From positions 298,321-362,320 of IMG/VR virus record IMGVR_UViG_3300020156_000001: DNA of 64,000 bases, one strand, 5' to 3'. The notes beneath the pieces were generated by a model. It was not told where the DNA came from. It worked only from the letters and a program-made list of their open reading frames with translations, and did no database searches. This stretch comes from a virus. Its lineage: Duplodnaviria > Heunggongvirae > Uroviricota > Caudoviricetes. The position numbers were made by a program, and so were the translations under genes. Below, piece after piece: positions 1 through 9,815 of this stretch. How positions within the stretch are numbered: position 1 is the stretch's first letter; the number at the start of each line of letters is the position of its first letter.

Positions 1-1
1 G

Positions 2-367
2 TCAGTTAGGCGCCAAATCAAAGATGAGATTACTTGGCAGAAACGTCGCGGCCATCACAGGTATATGGATGAGCAAGCTCTCTGGTATTATAAAACCGGC
101 CGTGACCATTTTGGCAACTACAATAGTCCGTATGGAACGCAAGCGTACAAGGATGCCCGTGAGCTTCTTGAAGAGCAACTAAGGGTATTAGAAGACAAGT
201 GGCAAAAATACCTCTACAAGATTGCTGATCTTTGTGAGGAGGAAATAGCCCAACGAGTTAGCGATGGACTTGATGGCTATGATAAGCTTTACAAGTTACC
301 AAATGTAGTTGGCTTTATCTCGCCTGATGGACAGCCTGAATGGAATTTTGAATATGATCTCGCTTAA
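2..367 (+). CDS. hypothetical protein, 5'-partial
   Basis: The frame of the 65..367 ORF is open back to the window start. Confidence 0.6.
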   Translation, partial: SVRRQIKDEITWQKRRGHHRYMDEQALWYYKTGRDHFGNYNSPYGTQAYKDARELLEEQLRVLEDKWQKYLYKIADLCEEEIAQRVSDGLDGYDKLYKLPNVVGFISPDGQPEWNFEYDLA

Positions 368-1310
368 CTTCGATACTCTTGATGCAGTAATCCACAAACA
401 TAAAGAGTTTCGAACCACAGCAAATCCACCACGGCTGCAAACGATTATAGATCCGGTTCCACCAAAAGTGAATACCCAACTTGATCTGGTCGGGGCGGCT
501 ACCAAGCTGGAGATGAGCCAGCCTGTACTCCATTACCTCATGTCTACGATTCTCAATTCGGATAATCCAATGATTGAGCATCAGTTTCGTAAACTGCTTG
601 CGGTAACCAAGCTTAGTATTCCATCGGATGATCCCATGATGGAGCAATACCTGCAATGGGAAAGTTCTTACCAAAGTAATTTAGCCGAGGCGCGTGCCGA
701 ACGAGAACGGCTAGAAGAGGAATACGACAAAGCGCATAAGGAGTATTACCTCCGACGGAATAAGGAATCAAACCAAATCCATGATACCGCTTGTGATCTT
801 GTAGACGGTGCAGTTCAGCGGATGGAGGCTGGTGAAACTCGTCTATGGGACAAGCTTCTCATGGATACCATTGAGGAGGAGCTTGAGTTTGATTATCCGC
901 TTTCGGGCATCTCCGAAACATTTAAAAGTCTCGACGTTTCCTCCCAAATAGGCGTGTTTGAAACTCTCCGAAACAAGCATAAGGCGTGGATTGAAAAGTG
1001 GTTGGATGAACGAACTGAATACCACTACAATGACAAATTTGCTGCGCGGATGGTTGCACTTGAACAGTCCGCGCATATAATGGACAGTGACGAATATAGA
1101 CCCGATTGGATTGACGAGGATTCAGAGGACGAACGATTCTGGTACGAGATGACACTTACCGAAAAGTATTTGAGTGATACGGATTCGGCATATCGTGAAG
1201 AATCGAGATATCTCGCTTGGCAAGAACTTAACTTTTTTTACCAAAACGATGAAGACGGGTTTGACACAATTTATTCCCATGCAGAACGCGAACGAACAAG
1301 ACTCCTCTGA
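354..1310 (+). CDS. hypothetical acidic/coiled-coil protein
   Basis: 333-aa ORF; ATG at 354 overlaps the end of the upstream gene. Confidence 0.7.
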   Translation: MISLNFDTLDAVIHKHKEFRTTANPPRLQTIIDPVPPKVNTQLDLVGAATKLEMSQPVLHYLMSTILNSDNPMIEHQFRKLLAVTKLSIPSDDPMMEQYLQWESSYQSNLAEARAERERLEEEYDKAHKEYYLRRNKESNQIHDTACDLVDGAVQRMEAGETRLWDKLLMDTIEEELEFDYPLSGISETFKSLDVSSQIGVFETLRNKHKAWIEKWLDERTEYHYNDKFAARMVALEQSAHIMDSDEYRPDWIDEDSEDERFWYEMTLTEKYLSDTDSAYREESRYLAWQELNFFYQNDEDGFDTIYSHAERERTRLL

Positions 1311-1725
1311 ATTCCGCAGCATTGTTGAATGTTTTCTTCGCGAGCATTTTTGCGTGGAAGACGGCGTGTTTGCGGCAAAAGATGAAAACGTTGCCCTTGG
1401 CAATCGTCGCTTTAACTTTGCCCACTATATGATTGGCAATGTTGAAGTTGCCATGCTTGTTGGACCCAACATTCGGTACCAATCCGTTATGGACGAGTTG
1501 GATGCTTTGTTGCCCAAAGGACACAATCTCTGCTTTATGGAAATCTTCGCTCCTTCATTTAAGGTGTCAACAATTGTTGGCCTCAGCGAAGTGCATCGCC
1601 GGAGCGTATTTTCTCCCTTGGTTTCCATAACCGAGGGTTACAACTTCAACTTCCATCGCTTTGATGTGGATGGGAATATGAAGAAGGCAAAGGCATATTT
1701 CACTTTTGCCAAGCTGACAAAATAA
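1174..1725 (+). CDS. hypothetical protein (start uncertain, possibly 1279)
   Basis: ORF tiles between neighbouring genes. Confidence 0.55.
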   Translation: MIRIRHIVKNRDISLGKNLTFFTKTMKTGLTQFIPMQNANEQDSSEFRSIVECFLREHFCVEDGVFAAKDENVALGNRRFNFAHYMIGNVEVAMLVGPNIRYQSVMDELDALLPKGHNLCFMEIFAPSFKVSTIVGLSEVHRRSVFSPLVSITEGYNFNFHRFDVDGNMKKAKAYFTFAKLTK

Positions 1726-1805
1726 TATTGAAACTGCTCTATTAACCCTGCTACTCCGACATTGTTAGCTCTCTAAAAAGATCGAACAATAAGTCGGAGA
1801 GCATA

Positions 1806-2429
1806 ATGAGCTATTTTATCTACCGTTTGCGCGACAAAAAGTCCGGCAAATATTTTGATGGCTGGAACGCCACTTCCACTGAAGACCGCGCGTCCGAATA
1901 TAAAACCGTTGCCGGCGCCCAAAGTGCTCTTAGCCATTTTGTGCATCGTGTGCTTGGTCAAAAGCTTTATACGAGTTCAAACCGTGGCAACTCCTACGCG
2001 GGTCTTACAGATGAAACCCTTAAGAAGTGGTTTCCCTATGAGATGGAAATCGTCAAGACTGAAGTTATCTATAAGGATGCAGGCGCCACTGATCAGGGAT
2101 CGGTTGTGCGGAACATGTTTATCAGCAACAAACTCCAAGATACTTCCTACGCGCTTGCTCGCTTCTGGGACAATGCGATCAAGAAGGAATACGCTGATAA
2201 AATCGAATACGTTATGCAGCTGAATATTGCGCGTGGTGCAAAGCGTATGGATAAGGTAAAGGAAGCTCGTGCTCAGCTTCGCTTGCTGGGTGTAAAGACA
2301 CGCACGTTTCGTGAATATGAAGGCATGTTTGGCTTCTACAACAAAGACCAAGCTTTTAAAGCGCGTTTGACATTGGATGTCCTGCATAGTATAGATATTA
2401 CAGAGATCAAGAAGGAACTGTTTAGTTGA
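1806..2429 (+). CDS. hypothetical early protein
   Basis: GGAG RBS; 207 aa; C-terminal FYNKDQAFKARL motif. Confidence 0.8.
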   Translation: MSYFIYRLRDKKSGKYFDGWNATSTEDRASEYKTVAGAQSALSHFVHRVLGQKLYTSSNRGNSYAGLTDETLKKWFPYEMEIVKTEVIYKDAGATDQGSVVRNMFISNKLQDTSYALARFWDNAIKKEYADKIEYVMQLNIARGAKRMDKVKEARAQLRLLGVKTRTFREYEGMFGFYNKDQAFKARLTLDVLHSIDITEIKKELFS

Positions 2430-3010
2430 AACCCAGCGTTGCAGACTTGCGCTACGAGCTGATGAAAGCGGATCTACCCAAACTTGTAAAAGCAAGGCCG
2501 GTAGAAATCCTTTCTAATTTATCGGGCAAAGTCTCCAAAGCTGAAATCATGGCAATGCTAGTGGCGATTGCCGCACTTAACGAGCCTGATGAGGTTCTAA
2601 CTGACGAGTTCAACAAGTTTATCATGCTGCTCAAGTTGCGTCACAATGACACGATGAGCAGCATTTTGAACCATTACACGGAAATTGCTCAATCACGGAT
2701 TGAGCATGAATCTCAAAAAGCCAATGAGCTAGTTTCAAGATTTAAAAAGTCGGACAAAAAGAACGTTGCTCCTTCTGATCTTGGTATCTCTTTGCGGCCA
2801 CCACCACAGATTCGCGACGATATTATTACCATGTTTGATCGGGTCAAACAGGGCTTGTATGAGATTGAGCCGCACAAAAAGGTTCTCGCTTACATTACTG
2901 ATGTTTACGCGCTTCGGCTAGTCGAGAAAGGTATTCTTGTTAAGCGTTATGTGTGGGATGATCCCGAACATGCTGACCTTATTCGTGCATCAATTGCAGG
3001 ACTAAAATAA
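2426..3010 (+). CDS. hypothetical protein
   Basis: 194-aa ORF overlapping the upstream stop. Confidence 0.7.
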   Translation: MKPSVADLRYELMKADLPKLVKARPVEILSNLSGKVSKAEIMAMLVAIAALNEPDEVLTDEFNKFIMLLKLRHNDTMSSILNHYTEIAQSRIEHESQKANELVSRFKKSDKKNVAPSDLGISLRPPPQIRDDIITMFDRVKQGLYEIEPHKKVLAYITDVYALRLVEKGILVKRYVWDDPEHADLIRASIAGLK

Positions 3011-3023
3011 CAAAGGCAAGCTA

Positions 3024-3749
3024 ATGAAAAAGCCATTCTTCAGCGATGAAGCCAAGCGAGAACACAAAGAACTTTTCATTAACAAGTCTCTGCAGGAACG
3101 CAATCATTCCCTATTTGTGATTGCAGTGAATATGTCCAAGCGTTCGGGCAAAATCGACATCGTAAATACGTTTGCAACACTAGAAGCTTGGCTTAATTCG
3201 GATCATGATGGCGATGATGCCGCACTAAATCAATACCTCACAACGATTAAGCTGCAAAATGCGGATAAAATCAGCGAAGAGCTATCTCGGATTAATGAGA
3301 TCGCGGATAAGCATGTTGAACTGCTTGAGCAGCGTGAGATAGATTACTGGGAACAAGCACAAGAACGAGAACAAAAGGATAAAAAACGTCAGCAATGGCT
3401 AGAAGCCCGTTCTCTAAAGCTGTATCGTGAGTTCAAAGAGTTTGTTGACAAGTACCAAGCTCATCCACCGATCGCTAACACGGATGTGTCGGATGTAGAG
3501 ATGTGGCGTAAAAAGGTTCCAGCTAGTTGCAAGCACATTATCATGCTTGCTAAATTTGGACCCATTCCATTCTTCAAGACAAAGTACCGCTTTGCAAAAC
3601 CTTTGCAGCTCGCGGATATTCTTGATGATCTTGAGGAGATGACTACCAGTGAATTGCTGGAATTCTTTGGTGAACCCACATGGAGCCTTACTTCCACAGA
3701 AATGCGAAGAATGATTCCCATTCCTCGTGGCTTCAAAATAAAATTCTAA
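3024..3749 (+). CDS. hypothetical protein
   Basis: 241-aa ORF in the same operon. Confidence 0.75.
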   Translation: MKKPFFSDEAKREHKELFINKSLQERNHSLFVIAVNMSKRSGKIDIVNTFATLEAWLNSDHDGDDAALNQYLTTIKLQNADKISEELSRINEIADKHVELLEQREIDYWEQAQEREQKDKKRQQWLEARSLKLYREFKEFVDKYQAHPPIANTDVSDVEMWRKKVPASCKHIIMLAKFGPIPFFKTKYRFAKPLQLADILDDLEEMTTSELLEFFGEPTWSLTSTEMRRMIPIPRGFKIKF

Positions 3750-3776
3750 ATTCAGAAACTTTTTTCTGAATTCAGG

Positions 3777-3804
3777 TTGACTCCTTCCTATTCTATGTTA
3801 AATT
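3777..3804 (+). promoter_or_regulatory. early sigma70-type promoter
   Basis: TTGACT-N14-GTTAAATT, followed by an AGGAGATCGAA RBS. Confidence 0.75.
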
Positions 3805-3849
3805 CAGAACATGGAAGCGCAACAAGCGCACAAACAAAGGAGATCGAAA

Positions 3850-4215
3850 ATGACGGTAGCAGTTGAAGTTGTAAAGTTCGGCGCATTCTACAACGAAGGT
3901 GTTCGTGGCAGCAACGGCGGTGCAGCACAGAACGACAAGGTCTGGGGCATTGCAAAGATCAATAACACGCTGGTCACTTTCTGGGGTCGCCGCAACGGCA
4001 AGCTCAAGTTCAAGACGATGCCGGGCACTGCTGGCAAGCTTGCTGCTGAAGCAAAGTGGGCTGAGAAGACTGGCGCCCGTCGCGACGGTGGCGACATCTA
4101 CATGGCAGTGAATCGCGAAGACATGCGCAACTTCTTCTGCCCCACGCTGAAGCAGGATCTGACGAGCTTTTACTTCTCGGACATGGCAAAGGGCAAGCTT
4201 AACACGCGCCACTAA
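3850..4215 (+). CDS. WGR-domain-like protein
   Basis: NDKVWG...VTFWGRR motif; AGGAG RBS before the ATG at 3850. Confidence 0.65.
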   Translation: MTVAVEVVKFGAFYNEGVRGSNGGAAQNDKVWGIAKINNTLVTFWGRRNGKLKFKTMPGTAGKLAAEAKWAEKTGARRDGGDIYMAVNREDMRNFFCPTLKQDLTSFYFSDMAKGKLNTRH

Positions 4216-4232
4216 TTGGTCGCAGAACATGG

Positions 4233-4258
4233 TAATGGCGGGCCTAGGCCCGCCATTA
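4233..4258. terminator. bidirectional terminator hairpin
   Basis: Perfect palindrome TAATGGCGGGCCTAGGCCCGCCATTA between convergent genes. Confidence 0.8.
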
Positions 4259-4264
4259 ATCATT

Positions 4265-5479
4265 TCAAACTGTGTCGATTAGACGAACATGGTTCATGTA
4301 GAGGATTGAGGCAGGGTTTGACGAATCCACCGCCTTGAAATCAACAGCCGTAAACGTGTCACCGCCGTCAACGCTGCATACGAGACCAGTTGCGCCTTGT
4401 TCGATACGTCTGCTACCGGCTAGAATCTTACCGTTGTGGTACATCGAACTAACATAATGTTGGCCTTGTTGGTTACCACCACCAATCATATGAGCTTGCC
4501 AGCCACCATCGTTGCTGGTATATTCGGCAGTTGGAACTACTCCAGTAGCTGAAGTCCAATTGATAGCATCAACACTGATTTGTGCCTTAGGGAATTTAGT
4601 TCCCGACGGCGTAGAACCTGCATTTGTCGCGTCCCATGCCTCTGGGAAGCTGATGATACGACCGTTCACATAAAGTGCGTTGCTGAACATGTAATAGGTA
4701 GACCAGCTTGCAGGGGCTGGAATTTCAGTCCAACTAACAAGATCATTGCTGATAAAGTAGCTACGAGTTTTAGTGCTCGCAAACCACAAACCATTCATAA
4801 ACGAAACATTGGTGAAACCATAAGAGTTATTTGTTGCGGTATACCCAATTGGCGTCCAGGTAGCGCCACCGTCGATGCTCTTTGCTCCCAAATATCCGCT
4901 ACCATTGTACATGTTAGTTGGTGCATACCAAATGCCATTACCATATTCAAGCTGGTAGTTATAGAAATAGTAAGTAGCCGAGGCACCGTTATTAGAACCA
5001 TCAGTGATTCTTCCACCGGTAGTCCAAGTCAATCCATCTTCAGTTGATAGGAATGTTGGCACTGGTACACCAAATCCAGCAGGGACACCAAAGCTGATCA
5101 TAGCAATTTTGCCCTGTGCATAGGCAAATTTGTGCTTGAATGTTGGATGCCAACTGGTATCTCCAACAAAGGTGTGCGATGTTGGCAAGCGATGGGTGGT
5201 CCAGTTTAGGCCATCCGTGCTACGCAAGTATTCCGTGTTGTTCTTTGTTACCAGCCAAAAGCCATTTGCGTTGATAATACGACCACCACCTTGGGATGGG
5301 TTGAACATATTGAGTTGATATGTCCAATTGATACCATCCACACTTGTGGCAAGATGGCCCTGTGCGGTGGAAACCATGTATTGGGTCACCATCGTATTAT
5401 TAACGGTAACCGAGAAACTACGTTCGGAAAATGCACCAAGATCGTCGGTAGCTCTTACTGTAAAATTGAAATCTGCCAT
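4265..5479 (-). CDS. beta-propeller (Asp-box/BNR-like repeat) virion protein with an N-terminal Ig hairpin
   Basis: Repeated S-x-D-G-x-x-W-T motifs; N-terminus FNFTVRATDDLGAFSERSFSVTV; AGGAG RBS. Confidence 0.8.
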   Translation of the reverse strand: MADFNFTVRATDDLGAFSERSFSVTVNNTMVTQYMVSTAQGHLATSVDGINWTYQLNMFNPSQGGGRIINANGFWLVTKNNTEYLRSTDGLNWTTHRLPTSHTFVGDTSWHPTFKHKFAYAQGKIAMISFGVPAGFGVPVPTFLSTEDGLTWTTGGRITDGSNNGASATYYFYNYQLEYGNGIWYAPTNMYNGSGYLGAKSIDGGATWTPIGYTATNNSYGFTNVSFMNGLWFASTKTRSYFISNDLVSWTEIPAPASWSTYYMFSNALYVNGRIISFPEAWDATNAGSTPSGTKFPKAQISVDAINWTSATGVVPTAEYTSNDGGWQAHMIGGGNQQGQHYVSSMYHNGKILAGSRRIEQGATGLVCSVDGGDTFTAVDFKAVDSSNPASILYMNHVRLIDTV

Positions 5480-5489
5480 TTAAAGCTCC

Positions 5490-6713
5490 TTAAACGTTCT
5501 GGCCCATTGATGCCAAGCCTGTAAAACCAATTGCACCAACGATTGCTGGATCTACGACATCTGGACGCCCTGGATCAAATGCCGGTATAACTTTGTTTGT
5601 CCAAGTTAGACCATCATTACTCTTTAGAATACCACTGCGTCCGGAATCGCCACCTTGGTAATAACGGTTAGCAAACAGGTATACACCATTGTAGAATGTG
5701 CCCATCATTTTACCATAGGATGTACCAGAGCCATACCAATAGCTAATAAGCGGGTGTGTTAGATCGGCATCAGATGGGTAAATCGCATGTGGAGCTTCAA
5801 TTTTAGTCCAAGTCTTCGCATCTACGCTTGTGAAGATCTTGTTATAGCCGGTTACACCAGCAGCGTTAGTTAGTTCAGGAAACGCTACAAGGCGACCATT
5901 ACCATAAATAATGCTGCTCATTGAATATGAAGGACGAAGTGCAGGGGTATGCGGTATTAGGTGTTTGCTCCAAACCGCACCACCATTGTTGCTGATATAG
6001 TAGGAATCACTACGACCGGCAACGATAATAAGGCCACCAAAGTTGTATACGGCTGTGGTACCAGTGCCATCAAAGCTTGATGGTCTCGCAATAGTTCCTT
6101 TACCATTAGTGTTGGAAAAGTCCGCGCTAAGTGTTACCGCAAGATATCCAGTATCAGGCCAACCTGACCAACCAGCAACTGGAAACCACCACTTGTTATC
6201 GATAAAAGTTGGCTTTAGGTACTGTAGTCTATAACCGGCGTTGGTTGTGCTGAATAGAGCTGAGCTATGTGTGGTCCAATTCAGACCATCAGTTGTGCTA
6301 ATAAGAGTACGAGTATTTGCGTCCTTATCGATTGTTATAACAACTTTGCCGTCACCCTTGCTCCAACGTGGTGTAAAGCCAAACCAACCTGGATCCGCAG
6401 TTAGCGAGTAACCTGTTGGAAAGTTACAAACACGCCAGTTAACAGCATCAACCGAATACAAGTAACGAGTTTGGTCCATCGTTATTAGCCAAAAGCCGTT
6501 ACCATAAATGACGTCACCAAACGTCCAGCTGCTTGGAAGCTGATTGTAATTGTAGGTCCAAGTATCACCATCAATACTAGTGAGAATATGACCTTGGGTT
6601 GTGGTTGCTACGAAGCGATTGACAACAGTGTTACGCACATCAATAGAGAAGTCTCTATCAGCAAACGCACCCTTATCGTCGGTGGCTCTTACTTTAAAAT
6701 TAAATGTTGTCAT
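5490..6713 (-). CDS. beta-propeller (Asp-box/BNR-like repeat) virion protein, paralog of 4265..5479
   Basis: SxDGxxWT repeats; N-terminus FNFKVRATDDKGAFADRDFSIDV. Confidence 0.8.
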   Translation of the reverse strand: MTTFNFKVRATDDKGAFADRDFSIDVRNTVVNRFVATTTQGHILTSIDGDTWTYNYNQLPSSWTFGDVIYGNGFWLITMDQTRYLYSVDAVNWRVCNFPTGYSLTADPGWFGFTPRWSKGDGKVVITIDKDANTRTLISTTDGLNWTTHSSALFSTTNAGYRLQYLKPTFIDNKWWFPVAGWSGWPDTGYLAVTLSADFSNTNGKGTIARPSSFDGTGTTAVYNFGGLIIVAGRSDSYYISNNGGAVWSKHLIPHTPALRPSYSMSSIIYGNGRLVAFPELTNAAGVTGYNKIFTSVDAKTWTKIEAPHAIYPSDADLTHPLISYWYGSGTSYGKMMGTFYNGVYLFANRYYQGGDSGRSGILKSNDGLTWTNKVIPAFDPGRPDVVDPAIVGAIGFTGLASMGQNV

Positions 6714-8713
6714 GACGCTTCCTGTTGAACGTTAATTAGAACATGAACTGATGCAAACGCACCAAACGAATCGGTTGCTGAAATCTCTACCGTATATATG
6801 CCAACTTGTGCTTCTATATCAACGGTTCCACTAATTGAACCGCCTGTAGTCATTGTGAGACCCAACGGCAACGCACTTGTAATTGCAGATGATGGAACAA
6901 CGTCGATAGAAGTGATTGAACGACCCGCACCAGCAGTTGCACCAATCGAATAGCTGAAGCCCTGGCCACGAGTTACTGTGCCAATGTCTGTGTTTTCGGC
7001 AACACTGAATGTGGGTAGCTCATTAGTGTCGGTTGGAACTGATTGAAGAATTGTTTGAGTGGTTCCAAAAATAGAACCGCTGGATTGGTCCAAACGCAAG
7101 CCCCAAGGCAAACCACCTTCAACGATCTTATAGCGGACGTTTGAGCCCGACGCGCTGATGCTTGCACCAAAGCCACTCTTTTCAGTTGTTGCTCCAAGCG
7201 AACCAGCTTCAGTTGACCATTCAGGACGTGTCTCATGTTCAAAGCCCTCAGGGAGAACTTCGAGACGGGCAAGCTTGCCCGTTACCAGACCATCATTGGT
7301 CATTGACAAGCCCCACGGCAGATTAACTGCAGAATATGTGACTTTGCGTGATTCAACTGGAGTTGCGGTGAATTGGATTGGTGCAATCTCTTGTAGTTCA
7401 GTGTACTCAACGGATGAAGAAGCCGGCGATACCCAAACTGGCTTTTCCTCAACTGGTGCAAATGGACTCTCAGGAGTTTTGATTTCCTTAGTCTTGCCGG
7501 TGATTGCACCGGTATTCTGATTCAAACGAATACCCCATGGCAAACCACCACCGATAATCTTATAGTTGATTGTGGTGCCTAGGTTTGGGGTCGCATTAAT
7601 CGAAAGCGTAACTGTTTCATCTTCGTCGTAGATGCCCAATGCGCCTTCAGTTGTTGTCCATGAGGGTTTTGGACGCAATGTAAAGCCAGCAGGAATACGA
7701 TCCAAAGGCATTACTTTGCCTGAGACTTGACCCAAGTTGGTCATGATTAGACCCGGTGGTAGAAACCCGCTAACAATGGTCAAGTAGACGTTGCGGTCAT
7801 TAAACGGCAAAACGTTGATCTTAAAGCTGACGTTATCGTTTTCACCAACAGTTACAATACGGCCACTGTCTGTGCGCCACTTTGGCTGTTGATACGCAGG
7901 AAGTTCCATTGGAACTGGTGTCTTAATGCCAGCGGTTGTACCAGTGATATCACCGGTTGCCTGATCTAGCTTCAAACCCCAAGGAAGACCGCCACCGATA
8001 ATCTTGTAATTAAGCTTTGTGCCCAAACGAGGAACAGCTTTGATTGCTGCTTCAACTTCAGCGTTTTCATCAACACTGATAATAGCACCGGAATTTGTAA
8101 GCCACAGAGGCTTTGGTGTTGCAACGGGAATATCTTCAAGCGTGTTCAAGCGGAAAACAGTACCACTTAGCTCACCCGTATAAGTATCCAGCGTAAGACC
8201 CCAAGGAAGGTTACCCGTGCTAATCGAGTACAAAAGGGTACGCTCGCCATAAGGTGTAGCTTCCACAAAAACTTCACCAACTGTGTCCAATTCGGTAAAC
8301 GTGCCAATGCTTCCCTCAGGCGTAACAAATGCTGGTTCTTCTTCAGGAAGCCAGCTCAACGAAAGAGGATTCTTTAGATCAGCGATTGTGCCTTGGATAA
8401 CGCCGGTTTGTGGATGCAGGGTTAGACCCCAAGGCAAACCCTGGTTATTACGAAAGCCATCAACTACGGTGTAGGTTAGCTCAGTGCTGTCGGACTCTTC
8501 GGGAAGAATAGCTTCGATTTGGATTGGTTCAATCTCGTCGCCCTCATTAAAAGCGCCAAGACGAGCAGAAGGTGTTTGCCACTGTGGAACCGCAACAAAT
8601 GCGCTGGGATCGATAAAACCGGTAACACGACCAGTTGTCGTACTAAATGACATTCCCTGCGGAAGTTCACCATCAACGATTGCATAAGAAACTGGTCTTA
8701 CTTTAATAATCAT
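6710..8713 (-). CDS. putative Ig (He_PIG/cadherin-like) repeat protein
   Basis: About 9 repeats of PxWxTxxG...YxIxxGxLPWGLxLxxxTGxIxG. Confidence 0.85.
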   Translation of the reverse strand: MIIKVRPVSYAIVDGELPQGMSFSTTTGRVTGFIDPSAFVAVPQWQTPSARLGAFNEGDEIEPIQIEAILPEESDSTELTYTVVDGFRNNQGLPWGLTLHPQTGVIQGTIADLKNPLSLSWLPEEEPAFVTPEGSIGTFTELDTVGEVFVEATPYGERTLLYSISTGNLPWGLTLDTYTGELSGTVFRLNTLEDIPVATPKPLWLTNSGAIISVDENAEVEAAIKAVPRLGTKLNYKIIGGGLPWGLKLDQATGDITGTTAGIKTPVPMELPAYQQPKWRTDSGRIVTVGENDNVSFKINVLPFNDRNVYLTIVSGFLPPGLIMTNLGQVSGKVMPLDRIPAGFTLRPKPSWTTTEGALGIYDEDETVTLSINATPNLGTTINYKIIGGGLPWGIRLNQNTGAITGKTKEIKTPESPFAPVEEKPVWVSPASSSVEYTELQEIAPIQFTATPVESRKVTYSAVNLPWGLSMTNDGLVTGKLARLEVLPEGFEHETRPEWSTEAGSLGATTEKSGFGASISASGSNVRYKIVEGGLPWGLRLDQSSGSIFGTTQTILQSVPTDTNELPTFSVAENTDIGTVTRGQGFSYSIGATAGAGRSITSIDVVPSSAITSALPLGLTMTTGGSISGTVDIEAQVGIYTVEISATDSFGAFASVHVLINVQQEAS

Positions 8714-9156
8714 TGTACTTCACTTTCCGCTTCAACTCGGTTATAAACAGGCTGACCATAGCCGGTGGAACCCAAGCTACCTTCAGGTGTAACCCATTCG
8801 ACTTGGCTGACAAGCTGCTTGATGGTTAGGGAGAATTCTTGCTCAATGCGATCTTCTTCGATGTTGATCGCAGCCACAGTAAAGTGGTACTCCAGGCTTT
8901 CTTCCAGATCATCAGGAACAACGCCGTAGATCTTACCATCGCTGAGAAGACTCAAATAGGGTGGAAAATCACCACCAGCGAGTTCAAAGTGGTCAATAGC
9001 AAGTGTGGATTCAACTTCAAAAGCAATTAGAATCTCTTCTGAGGAATAAAACTCACCAAGGGAACCCGCAGGAGTAAGCCATTGAAAAATGATTTTAATC
9101 TTGCTGCCCGATGGTGCGATACCACGAACCAAATTGCTTCTGGCGTTCATGTACAT
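8710..9156 (-). CDS. putative Ig-domain protein
   Basis: WLTPAGSLG...FPPYLSLLSDGKIYG...YHFTVAA...FSLTI; late promoter TAAATA at 9183..9178. Confidence 0.8.
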   Translation of the reverse strand: MYMNARSNLVRGIAPSGSKIKIIFQWLTPAGSLGEFYSSEEILIAFEVESTLAIDHFELAGGDFPPYLSLLSDGKIYGVVPDDLEESLEYHFTVAAINIEEDRIEQEFSLTIKQLVSQVEWVTPEGSLGSTGYGQPVYNRVEAESEVQ

Positions 9157-9177
9157 ATGGCAAACTCCTGTTCACTG

Positions 9178-9183
9178 TATTTA
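9178..9183 (-). promoter_or_regulatory. late (gp55-type) promoter
   Basis: TAAATA about 22 nt upstream of the Ig operon; the same motif precedes most structural genes. Confidence 0.65.
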
Positions 9184-9320
9184 TTGGCATTTAGGAACAA
9201 TTAACTATACGAATTCCTGAATTTAAATTCAGGAAGAAACTGGTTGCGAGTATTCCTGAATATGCTAGATTAAAAATACGGAAGCGCAGGAAGCGCAGCA
9301 ACTAAGGATCGGAACACACA

Positions 9321-9815
9321 ATGGCAAACATCGGCAACATTTCTCGTCGTAACTTCTTCAAGCTTGCACTTGGTGGTGCAGTTGTTGCGGCTACTGCTTC
9401 GCCGGCTATTGCTTCGGTTCTTGCTCCAACATACGCAGACAAGCTGAAGACGCTGATTCGCTTGCACTCGGAAGTTGTCGAGATGAAGGAAGCAGAACTT
9501 CATCTGACTGACGCTTACAACAAAAAGTTTGATGAGCTTGTTGGTTACATTTGCGATGAGTTTAAGGTTCCAACGATGGGCACAGCTGAGTTTGAACGCG
9601 CACAAGCTGATGTACGGAAAGTCTTCAACTGGAAGCAGATGGAAATTGAAAGCCCGGATTGGACAGCAAATCCGCCGGTAATTTGCGAAGCGGCTGTTGG
9701 TATTAGCGTACTGCGGGATTTGCTTAGTGTTCGTCGCTGCAGGCTGAACCCGGGTAAGATGAACAACTTTGGTCGCTTTGCTGATATGTTCCAGGAACTG
9801 ATCCTGAACTCTTAA
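9321..9815 (+). CDS. Tat-signal-peptide early protein
   Basis: SRRNFFK plus hydrophobic stretch plus AIA cleavage site; early promoter TTGCGA..GCTAGATT at 9244..9271. Confidence 0.75.
   Translation: MANIGNISRRNFFKLALGGAVVAATASPAIASVLAPTYADKLKTLIRLHSEVVEMKEAELHLTDAYNKKFDELVGYICDEFKVPTMGTAEFERAQADVRKVFNWKQMEIESPDWTANPPVICEAAVGISVLRDLLSVRRCRLNPGKMNNFGRFADMFQELILNS

Noticed and set aside
4265-6713. Diversity-generating retroelement acting on the two propeller paralogs
   Set aside because: There is no near-identical TR/VR nucleotide pair with adenine-specific differences and no RT gene.
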